A program made the translations under genes and the position numbers. The notes beneath the pieces are model-generated. The model did not search any database and had not been told where the DNA came from. It saw nothing but the letters and a program-made list of their open reading frames with translations. DNA of 64,000 nt from Eledone cirrhosa (Eukaryota), in NCBI GenBank assembly GCA_964016885.1, contig OZ024747.1, forward strand, positions 73,842,001 through 73,906,000, read 5' to 3'. Below, one piece after another: positions 38,254-53,000 of the stretch (positions are counted from its first letter, which is position 1; each line of letters opens with the position of its first letter).

Positions 38254-41200
38254 TAGTTGCCAGTTTAGACTAGCATGAACATATTCTGCTAAGTACTCGA
38301 TACTTAGGAAAGTAGATTATATATGTGTGTGTGTGTGTGTACATAGAAACAGAGAGAGTGGGGAGAGACGTTTTGCATATTTTCTTATAGTAATTAATGT
38401 ACGTTTGCTTGATTCAAGTATTTATTTTACCATACTGTGACTACCCATATAACCGTAAAGGTACAAGATCCCTTTCTCTGCATGTATATTGTATATATAA
38501 CCTATTTTTATAACACATCGTTGCCGGGTTAGAACTAGAGTAAAGTGTTTCTTATTTTCTTACTTAAATACTTCACATTATTTAATTCGCAATCTATCAT
38601 ATCCAAGCTGACGTGTATGTTTGGGATTATAGATGTATTTAGAGCTATATTATTTCTGCCATTAAATAGAATTACTGTTCATAGTACGCATTTCTAACTT
38701 CCCCATTTTTTTCTGTATTTTATATTTTAGCACATTCGTTTACATTTAAAAATTGAGTGGTTTACTCTAAAATTCAATTTACAATTCCAATTGAATCCTT
38801 TTTGTAGTTTTTCAATTCATTCTCTTGTGTACAATTTTAAATCATACAGGAAATTAGACAGGAAATATGAGAAATAATTACTACAAGTAAAATACACCGC
38901 CAGAAGTCTGACCTAGAAAGACTATATTTTCTAAGTTTAGACCTATCTCGACGTCGTATGAAGTTACACTATTATCAAATATTCTCTGAAGAATTAAAAA
39001 AATTACTTGTAGATAATAATGAACATTATTTTTGCAAAGGAAACGAAAGTTATATGAAATAACATACTAGAGTGTTGCCAGGAATATCTTCTATATCGTA
39101 AATATATGAAATATGTTTAAATAATTAAGGAAATCTTCTAGCATTGGTGATGATGTTTACAATTCCAGGATTCATCATTAGGAGACAAAATCAGACAGTG
39201 TTCACCACAAACCACCAAAAGTATATAATGAACATAACACAATAAGTAAATCTGGAATAACGGTAAATGATGAATTAACCTCGTCATTGGTGGTTAATCA
39301 GTCTTAAGCAAAAGTAAAAAATGATATAATGAATATCTACAGATATGACAAATGTATGATTGAGATACATCAGAGGTTATGCCAGCATCATGAAGGAAAA
39401 CCAAAAGAGATGGTGTAAACATCCACTAGTAAAGTTTAAGAGAAGGGAAATCAATCATAATCTGGAATATATCAATATGTTTGGCAAAAACTACCAAGAA
39501 AAAAAAATGCGTCCTAACTGAGATCTTAGCTCCAACAGGTAATAATAGATCTCACAGAAATGGGTGAAATTATCCAAATATAAAGAGATAGAAATAGAGA
39601 TCAATTCGTCAACTGAAAGTAGATTATCTCTAAATATTTGAGAATGTAATAAGATACTATAAACTCATATATTACTTTTTAGTTACGTCTACTTCATTTG
39701 TTTATTAATGTTTTTTTTTTCTGTTTTGTTTTCAACTAAATACGAAATTATTGTGTTTATATATTTTTGCTTACTAATTATACATTCGCTTTAATGTCCG
39801 TTCGACTAGTATGTCTGTATTCAGCGTTAAACGTTTGACAAGCGATACCGTTAGGTTGGTTAATTAACAGAACGCATTAGCAATCTCCAATTTCCTTCTG
39901 TAGGAAATATATTCGACTTCTTCGGCAAGTAAATACATTTGGAGTAATATTAGGCATTACGTCATTAACGAATAAGATCTTCATCGCTTTCGGAATGCCA
40001 AAATGACAGGAGCGGAAACCATATTGGCTTCCTCGATCGATGGATGTTGGAGACATTTCACGTGATACACAGGAGGTTTAATGAGCAGGAGAAAATATTT
40101 CAGTAGCATCCAGAAGTAATATTTCATCTAACTTCAACATTTGTGGTGTCTTTCTAATTGCTACAATTTGTTTAGATAAGGTGAATGAGTTATATAGATA
40201 ATTTTACTTCCAGACACAATTAAGCGCTGTAAAGGTAGATCCTGTATATATAACAATATATTATAAGCGTCTGTTTTAAGCAGAAACTTCTGTAGAAAGT
40301 ATTCACTCTTTCAGTGAAATGTTGATTATTTGTGGGAATGCAAAATCAAATTTAGTGCCTCCCATGTGTGGTGTAGAGAAATGGTTTCGGCTAATTTCGT
40401 ATTGATGTTAATGAAACATTACACTAAATTTTAAAATGCATTTTTATTCTGAAACTAGTTGTAAACTAAAGAATAAAAGAATACATTCACAACAATATTG
40501 CTGAATGGGAATGACTGTTTTATGGCTGTTTCTCTCTGATTTTTCAGGAAGGGTGAAGCTTGGTGCTTATCCTGGGTTCATGGGTGTTAAATGATTGTAT
40601 AAAACTTACCCCTGAACAGGAGGCCTGTCCACTAAATCCCTGCTTCTACACATACTTATTTTGGACTGATTGAACTAAAGCAAACGTGAAAAGAAATGCC
40701 CTGCTTTAAGACACAACTTTGAAAGAATCACCATAATCACATGGCCATTCTCCTCACCATATGGTTGAATGTAACCCCTAAATTCAAGGAAATATATTTT
40801 TGTAAACCTGTTAGGACTACCAGTTTGTTAACCCTACTCAGCAGTTAACATTCATAAAATCAAAAATATTCCAGCCACGTCCATGACATCGTTTGGCTAT
40901 CCTGGAATAAATTATCTAATGTGTTCCATTTTATATACGAGAGTAGGATGTGAATTGTGTAAGAGTTTGCTTTCTATTAGACCATGTGGCTGCACGTTAG
41001 CAATATCACTTTTTTAAATGATGTTACATTTAATGTATACCCCCCCCCCCCCATCACACACACCAGAATAAACTATTTGCATCAGTTGTTAGCTGTCGGG
41101 ATACTGCATCCTTTAAAACCTCCATGTTTCCTGAAATTTGCCAACACTACACCTGATATCCCCCTCCATACACACGCACGTACACATGTATATCATGACT

Positions 41201-43018
41201 CATACACTGCTGACTTTCCTGACATTTGTACATTATTCTATGTACTATACATGCACCTTTGATGAGTTGTAATGCACCTGAGCACTGTAAACAATAACTT
41301 TATTATTATTATTAAATAATATTTGTCCAAAGTGTCATGATGTGGGGATAGAATCTGAGAATATGCCCCAGGAGCGAACTTCTTAACCGTTCAGCCTTAT
41401 TGCGTCAATCTTCAGAATTCATTTGGTTTAGAGGCAAAGAGGAATAGTGTATTTCTGATATAAAGTGAGATGGCGTCGGAAGGAAGAAGGAGAAGGAGAA
41501 GAATGGAGAAGATAGCACAATTTCAATGAATCAGAAATATATAAAAGAAATAATGAGACAAAAACAAAATGAAAAATGCTAAACGAATGCTGGCATAAAA
41601 ATGAAGAGAGATGAGCAATGATGTGAGGGAAATAAATTATAAGGGGGCGGGGGTGAGTATGGAGGAAATACTGGAAGACTGAACAACAGAAGTTTGAAGA
41701 AACGCAGAAGAATAAATGTAAAGTATTGGAGAATAGGCAAGAGGGGAAAAATAAGGAAAACTAGCAACAGAAAACAGAGAGAGGGGGTTAGAAAGGAGCA
41801 TAGTAAGAGAGAGAGAGAGAGAGAGAGACAAAAAAGAGGGAGATAACAAACAATTTTACACTTGCTTTAATGTGAAAACTAAATGTTAAATTGAAACCAG
41901 TGGGCGGAAATCCAAAACTAATACTCAAACAAAACATGGAATCATTTTACGAGTGCATTCACAGGAACGGCCGAGATCATAAAAACGGTAACATTTCATT
42001 CCTTATCTGACAAGTAAACTAAGATCTCTTAGTTGTTAAACACATCTAGAGTCAAAACTGGCCAGTTCAAACTGATACTAGCTTGTAATATATGATTGTT
42101 ATGGTGTCAAACGAAATCCCCCAAGGAGGATAGAAGTGCAATAAATATATGAATAGTTAGAAAGGAAGGGAAAGACAGAAGAGGAATATTAAAGTCAATT
42201 GATAAGTTTGATGAACTTGACTGAGTCTCGATACTACACCGTCCTTCAGGGAAGCTTTTATCATATTTCATTTTACAATTCTAAGATTTTTGGGGCTGTC
42301 AGCTAGATAAAAGACATAAAACCCAGCAGTAAATATTATTTTTAAAAATGACAAAAGCGTTCACAGACATTGTTCATACAAATATAATATCTCTTCTGTA
42401 GAACCATTACTCAGAAGTACAAATATGTTGCAACAATTCTCTATACACATTAAAAGCAAACATAAATAACAATGGGCTCACTAAAAGACAGATTGCCAAA
42501 ATAATATCTGAATTCAATGAAGAATAAATATGACTTTCCACACAAAAAACATAACAAACAGATAACAAGTGTAGTCTACTATGGAAATCTAATGAACTCT
42601 CACAAATTAAATAGAAAAATAGAGATAATTAAACAAAATACACGCTGCAATGAACCCCTGAGGACAAATCACTCGATTTCTTAGGCACCCTCACTCTCTC
42701 TTCATGTTACTATTTTATTTATGTTTTCGTGTGTGTACGTGTGCCTGTGTATGTTCACGTATGTATGTATCTGAGCGAGTGTGTATCTGTGTGTATATCT
42801 GTGTGTGTATATGTGTGCGTCTGTATGTTTCTGTATCTGGCTGGAGTTTATTTTTCTGTGGTAGAAAAATAGAAAAGTTCTCGATACAACTTTGTGTCAG
42901 GAAAGAGTAGTCTTATTTTCTCTTCACCAAAATAATAACAAATGTGTGCTCAGACTTGTTTATTTTCGCAGCGAGAGTTGTAATCAAAACCTGTAGTTGT
43001 GTGTGTGTATATATATAT

Positions 43019-43085
<67 letters not shown>

Positions 43086-43632
43086 TGCATAAAAATATGG
43101 ATGTGTGTGTATGTTTGCTCGTTAATTGCGTCTGAGGATTTGTAACGAAAATATATTAGAGTTTAACATAATAATAGTTTTACATAAACATGAAAAGTTC
43201 ATTCCCCTCTGAACAGTAGACAATATTCAATACAACTGTCATTGATAAAAAGTTCGCGACAAAAAAGTCTACTAGTTAAATACATATTTTACCATGAATC
43301 TCAATAAATTTTAAACGTTTGTGTTAATTGCTTTTTCTCAACACTTGACAATAACCATCCCAATAGTATTATTGTTCAGACAGTATACAACAATTTATTG
43401 TTGATATAACTATAAATTGGTTAAACATACAGAAAGAGAAAGCAGCATTGGAAAGGACTATAAATGCCATAAATAAGAGTAAAAGAAGAAAACATGGACT
43501 ACTAGACAAAGGAAGAAAGTGGGAAGGAGAGAGGATGAGAGATTCTCCACCCAGGTCAGAGCAGTGTTTCGGCTGAGCCCCGCGGTCAAAGTGACAAAGA
43601 TATTTCCGCTGACATTTGCCAGTGATACTCAC

Positions 43633-43789
43633 CTTTCATTGATTTGTTTTCATGGTCATGCATGTTTCCATGAAAAAACTTTCTTGCTTTTACTTTTTTC
43701 GGAGGAGGAGCCAATAATTGAAACGTTTGTGTAGACGGTTTCTTCTGACAGGATCCATTGGAAGTAGTGTTTGAGGACTCTGGCCCCAT
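43633..43789 (-). CDS. Candidate coding exon MGPESSNTTSNGSCQKKPSTQTFQLLAPPPKKVKARKFFHGNMHDHENKSMK(G), phase-1 donor
   Basis: ATG-initiated non-repetitive frame ending at consensus donor AAG|GTGAGT; NLS-like PPKKVK. Confidence 0.3.
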
Positions 43790-43889
43790 GACTAAGCCAG
43801 GTATAATTGATCATCAGGAGAGTATACTGTACATAACCAAAAACTGTAACTCTATTTACTGTGTCCATAAACTGCTTTGTCACCTCTCA

Positions 43890-44250
43890 GTAATGTGGTT
43901 CATTTAATTGAATGTATGTGTAGTTGTAACAGACATTCTGTCAGTTGTGATGACGAGGTTTCCAGTTGATACGATCAAGGCAACTCCTGCTTGTGAGATT
44001 GGCGCACAAGTAGCTGAGCATTCCACAGACACGTGTACCCTTAACGTATCTCTCAACGACATTCAGCGTGACCCAGAATGTGACAAGATTGATCTTTCAA
44101 ATTAAAGTTCGAACTCGTGGTGTGCCAACTGCGTAGACTATAGCAACGTCAAATAAAGACTCTTGCTCAAGGACACAACGTACCAACAGGAATCGAACTT
44201 ACGATCTTGAGTGAATTACGATAATCCCTCAGTCACGCGTCTTCACAAGT
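43890..44250 (-). mobile_element. SINE family B copy
   Basis: CTTGCTCAAGGACACAAC and GGAATCGAAC are reverse complements of the core and B-box; body resembles 58815-59130. Confidence 0.55.
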
Positions 44251-45152
44251 GAGGTTGTAAGCAGTGGCATATCGGTAAACGATCTGACGATGTGGGTGGT
44301 TGGGGCCCAGAAGGGGCGGTAGTTTTACAATCGTTTCGTATAAATGATCAAGAGAGTCTTGGAAATTATGATGATATAATTGATTTCTATTTTCGGATTC
44401 CAGTTTATAAATTACTGTCTCAAACTTTCATTGAAGATCAAAGATCAATAGAGTTGACTTTGCTCTTAATCCATTTTTAAGATCGATATAATACGTACAA
44501 GTAATTCAGTATATGTAACGTCAACCGTCTATGTACACTCGGTCGGAAATATTTGTGGAAGTTGGACGAACGAGAAGTATTAAATCAGCGGATTACAATG
44601 TTTATTCAGATGCTAGTACTGTTGTATGTTTCTTGACAGGACATACTACTGTGGATTCTGTGAGTCATCAGAGTTTAGGATTTAGGAACGACAAACACAT
44701 AAGGTCATATGGACACAGTCACATAACATTGTACGGAAGTATAAACTTTCATGGACAACCGAAGCAATTACATACATAGATATACGCACGTGCCATTATA
44801 TATATATATACGTGCAAAACACCACATATACATACAAAATAAATTTTAAAAATTCTCAAGTTGACACGAGAACAATATCGATTTGTTGCCCCTCCCTCAA
44901 AGGAAAAATATAAAATAAAATAAAAAGCATGTTCGAATAAATTTCAGGATTGGCAACATTTTTGACATACCTTATATTTGAATATTTCCTTTTTATTTTT
45001 ATTAACCTTCTCTGTTCATTTTACCTTAGAACCAATCTACAAAAACAGATGTTTTCTTATTCCACCCAAACACTTTTTTTTCCCTTTCAGAACATTTGCT
45101 TCCTTACATACGTATATAACTTGGACTGCTTACATTCCTAACGCTGTTGTTT

Positions 45153-45183
<31 letters not shown>

Positions 45184-45188
<5 letters not shown>

Positions 45189-45650
45189 TAAAATAACAGA
45201 TTACAGTTTAAGCAAAGAATCGCTGCTTTCACCCTTAAAGGGATTTCTGAAACTAAAAAAGTCAATCTGTGAACGCAGAAGTATATATTAAAAAAAACGC
45301 TGCAACCGAAAGAAGACAGGAAGACGATACTTTGGTTCGTGGAAGCGTTCCCTGGTAAATCTTTGGATTTTAGTCTTCAAATTTATTACTATATATATAT
45401 ATATAGTAATAATAATTGTTTCTACTTTAGGCACAATGCCAGCAATTACCCAGTGCATTACTGGTACTTTAATTTATCGACCCCGTAAGGATGAAAGGCA
45501 AAGTTAACCTCGGCGGGATTTGAACTCAGAATGTAAATGATGTAACTATGCTAGAAAGCATGGCGTCCGATCCTCTACCGATACTGCCAATTCACCGATA
45601 AGGGTGAAAGCAGCGATCTCTGCTTAAACTTTAATCTGTTATTTTAATAT
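45184..45650. mobile_element. Rearranged copy of the 56089-56430 fold-back family with a nested SINE
   Basis: 45184-45350 matches 56090-56250; tail end at 45368-45392; SINE at 45412-45597; partial right arm at 45599-45650. Confidence 0.8.
45412..45597 (-). mobile_element. SINE family A copy
   Basis: Reverse complement of the consensus. Confidence 0.85.
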
Positions 45651-45914
45651 ATATATATATATATGTGTGTGTGTTCCTTCATTCACGCACAAGGCGCTAA
45701 GGTACCCATGTATTGTCCAACCAAATGCCAGTGTGGTTCAATGGCGGGTTAATAAATTAACGAGCCAGAACAAATATAAACAAGGTTTAGCAAATATATA
45801 TATATATATATATATATTAGTTCTAACGCATCTCATGCTTAAACTTGCTCACGGTTTTTTTCTTTTTGGGGGTTTTCCAGGCGCAGTTGCCTCCAGGCCG
45901 AAGAGGGCAAATTG

Positions 45915-46138
45915 TCCACAAGATCGGACAAGATGATCTGTGACGTAGATACAGATCGTTACGTTCTTAGTTCAAATCCCGCCGAGGTTAGCTTTGCCTT
46001 TCATCTTTACGAGGTTGATACAATAAAGTACCAGTATTGCACTGGCCTCGTGCTAATAGAAGAAATCTTTATTACGCCTTACGGGGTCAATAAAATAAAG
46101 TACCAGCTGGCTTTGTGCTAAATGTAGAAACAATTATT
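45915..46138 (+). mobile_element. SINE family A copy with internally duplicated core
   Basis: B-box, core, a second CCTTACGGGGTCAATAAAATAAAGTACCAG, then tail. Confidence 0.75.
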
Positions 46139-46259
46139 ACTAGACATATCTACGAAGCCTATTTACTGAGATATTATCAATAACATTGCTGTTATTGCTA
46201 TACATATCAATGTTGCTATGTTGCTGGAGGTAAACTCAGTGATTTTTGTGTATGTGTAC

Positions 46260-46377
<118 letters not shown>

Positions 46378-46751
46378 ACATATATACAAATAAATATATC
46401 TGTATGCATATATGCACCTATTCGTGTATATATATACTGGATGGGTAGAAACTACATATTTGTTGTTTCTTATCATTTTTGCTCGGATTTCTATCTGGTT
46501 ATTTCAATTGGATGATTTTCTCAAAGCAAACGTTCAGCTAATTTATATGCTACTCTGATCCATGACAAGCTCGTTGGTGGCGAGAGAGTGATATGTCTTG
46601 GAGCTAATTGGCTTTTTGCGGTTTGAATGTACGCATGCATAGCAAATATTATAAGTGAAAGTAAGATCACTGTATTCACCGGGGTGCTGACTCACGCATT
46701 TATCAAATTCCATTGCCACTGCTACCGTATTTAAACATCATTCTGTTAAGA

Positions 46752-49455
<2,704 letters not shown>

Positions 49456-49476
49456 CACAAATATTTTTTGATACCC

Positions 49477-49527
49477 AGATTCCTGATGATTTCTAATGAA
49501 TGAAACAGTTCTAGTGCTGTAGAATCT
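49477..49527 (+). ncRNA. Type I hammerhead ribozyme motif
   Basis: Stem I AGATTC/GAATCT; core CTGATGA; stem II t-TTC-taat-GAA-t; GAAA; stem III ACAG/CTGT; GTA cleavage triplet (cut after 49521). Confidence 0.75.
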
Positions 49528-49609
49528 CATCTATATTAAAACTGTTATACTCTGCTATGTATTGTGTACCTTACTTACTGTGGTTACCTCCGATTCAACC
49601 CGGAATAAC

Positions 49610-49651
<42 letters not shown>

Positions 49652-49751
49652 ATATATATATATGTATATATATAGAGAGAGAGAGAGTGAGAGAGAGAGA
49701 TACGTGCACTGGCTTTTTATCGTTTCAAAGTTTATCAGGAGAAAGATCATT

Positions 49752-49980
49752 ATGGATTGGCAGTATCGGTAGAGGGTCTGACGCTATGCTTTGCAGCAAA
49801 GAGTTACGGCCCTTTATGGTTTGAGTTCAAATCCCGCCGAGGTTAACTTTGCCTTTCATCCTTACGGGGTCGATAAAATAAAGTACCAGTAATGCACTGG
49901 ATAATTGCTGGCCTTGTGCCAAAAGTAGAAACAATTATTTTGGGAAATTGCTGGCCTTGTGCCTAAAGTAGAAACAATTA
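49752..49980 (+). mobile_element. SINE family A with duplicated 3' tail
   Basis: Full consensus followed by a second AATTGCTGGCCTTGTGCCTAAAGTAGAAACAATTA. Confidence 0.9.
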
Positions 49981-50002
49981 TTTTTTTCTTTATAGTCATT
50001 AA

Positions 50003-53000
50003 CACAGGCTGACAGGCTTTGTTACTGGCACCATCACTCCCGCAACAACCACCGGCACCATCACTCCCGCAACCACCACCGGCACCATCACTCCCGCAAC
50101 CACCACCGGCACCATTACTCCCGCAACCACCACCGGCACCATCACTCCCGCAACCACCACCGGCACCATCACTCCCGCAACCACCACTGGCACCATCACT
50201 CCCGCAACCACCACCGGCACCATCACTCCCGCAACCACCACCTGCACCATCACTCCCGCAACCACCACCGGCACCATTACTCCCGCAACCACCACCGGCA
50301 CCATCACTCCCGCAACCACCACCGGCACCATCACTCCCGCAACCACCACCGGCACCATCACTCCCGCAACCACCACTGGCACCATCACTCCCGCAACCAC
50401 CACCGGCACCATCACTCCCGCAACCACCACCGGCACCATCACTCCCGCAACCACCACTGGCACCATCACTCCCGCAACCACCACCTGCACCATCACTCCC
50501 GCAACCACCACCTGCACCATCACTCCCGCAACCACCACCGGCACCATCACTCCCGCAACCACCACCTGCACCATCACTCCCGCAACCACCACCTGCACCA
50601 TCACTCCCGCAACCACCACCGGCACCATCACTCCCGCAACCACCACTGGCACCATCACTCCCGCAACCACCACTGGCACCATCACTCCCGCAACCACCAC
50701 CTGCACCATCACTCCCTCAACCACCACCTGCACCATCACTCCCGCAACCACCACCGGCACCATCACTCCCGCAACCACCACCGGCACCATTACTCCCGCA
50801 ACCACCACCTGCACCATCACTCCCGCAACCACCACCGGCACCATCACTCCCGCAACCACCACCGGCACCATCACTCCCGCAACCACCACCTGCACCATCA
50901 CTCCCGCAACCACCACCTGCACCATTACTCCCGCAACCACCACCGGCACCATCACTCCCGCAACCACCACCTGCACCATCACTCCCGCAACCACCACCTG
51001 CACCATCACTCCCGCAACCACCACCGGCACCATCACTCCCGCAACCACCACCGGCACCATTACTCCCGCAACCACCACCTGCACCATCACTCCCGCAACC
51101 ACCACCGGCACCATCACTCCCGCAACCACCACCGGCACCATTACTCCCGCAACCACCACCGGCACCATCACTCCCGCAACCACCACAGGCACCATCACTC
51201 CCGCAACCACCACCGGCACCATCACTCCCGCAACCACCACCTGCACCATCACTCCCGCAACCACCACCGGCACCATTACTCCCGCAACCACCACCTGCAC
51301 CATTACTCCCGCAACCACCACCGGCACCATTACTCCCGCAACCACCACCGGCACCATCACTCCCGCAACCACCACCGGCACCATTACTCCCGCAACCACC
51401 ACCGGCACCATCACTCCCGCAACCACCACTGGCACCATCACTCCCGCAACCACCACCTGCACCATCACTCCCGCAACCACCACCTGCACCATCACTCCCG
51501 CAACCACCACCGGCACCATCACTCCCGCAACCACCACCTGCACCATTACTCCCGCAACCACCACCGGCACCATCACTCCCGCAACCACCACCGGCACCAT
51601 CACTCCCGCAACCACCACTGGCACCATCACTCCCGCAACCACCACCGGCACCATCACTCCCGCAACCACCACCTGCACCATCACTCCCGCAACCACCACC
51701 TGCACCATCACTCCCGCAACCACCACCGGCACCATCACTCCCGCAACCACCACCGGCACCATTACTCCCGCAACCACCACCTGCACCATCACTCCCGCAA
51801 CCACCACCGGCACCATCACTCCCGCAACCACCACTGGCACCATCACTCCCGCAACCACCACCGGCACCATCACTCCCGCAACCACCACCTGCACCATCAC
51901 TCCCGCAACCACCACCTGCACCATTACTCCCGCAACCACCACTGGCACCATCACTCCCGCAACCACCACCGGCACCATCACTCCCGCAACCACCACCTGC
52001 ACCATCACTCCCGCAACCACCACCGGCACCATCACTCCCGCAACCACCACCTGCACCATTACTCCCGCAACCACCACTGGCACCATCACTCCCGCAACCA
52101 CCACCGGCACCATCACTCCCGCAACCACCACCTGCACCATCACTCCCGCAACCACCACCGGCACCATTACTCCCGCAACCACCACCGGCACCATCACTCC
52201 CGCAACCACCACCGGCACCATCACTCCCGCAACCACCACCGGCACCATCACTCCCGCAACCACCACCGGCATCATCACTCCCGCAACCACCACCGGCACC
52301 ATCACTCCCGCAACCACCACCGGCACCATCACTCCCGCAACCACCACCGGCACCATCACTCCCGCAACCACCACCGGCACCATCACTCCCGCAACCACCA
52401 CCTGCACCATTACTCCCGCAACCACCACCGGCACCATCACTCCCGCAACCACCACCGGCACCATCACTCCCGCAACCACCACTGGCACCATCACTCCCGC
52501 AACCACCACCGGCACCATCACTCCCGCAACCACCACCTGCACCATCACTCCCGCAACCACCACCTGCACCATCACTCCCGCAACCACCACCGGCACCATC
52601 ACTCCCGCAACCACCACCGGCACCATTACTCCCGCAACCACCACCTGCACCATCACTCCCGCAACCACCACCGGCACCATCACTCCCGCAACCACCACCG
52701 GCACCATCACTCCCGCAACCACCACCTGCACCATCACTCCCGCAACCACCACCGGCACCATTACTCCCGGAACCACCACCTGCACCATTACTCCCGCAAC
52801 CACCACCGGCACCATCACTCCCGCAACCACCACCTGCACCATCACTCCCGCAACCACCACCTGCACCATCACTCCCGCAACCACCACCGGCACCATCACT
52901 CCCGCAACCACCACCGGCACCATTACTCCCGCAACCACCACCTGCACCATCACTCCCGCAACCACCACCGGCACCATCACTCCCGCAACCACCACCGGCA

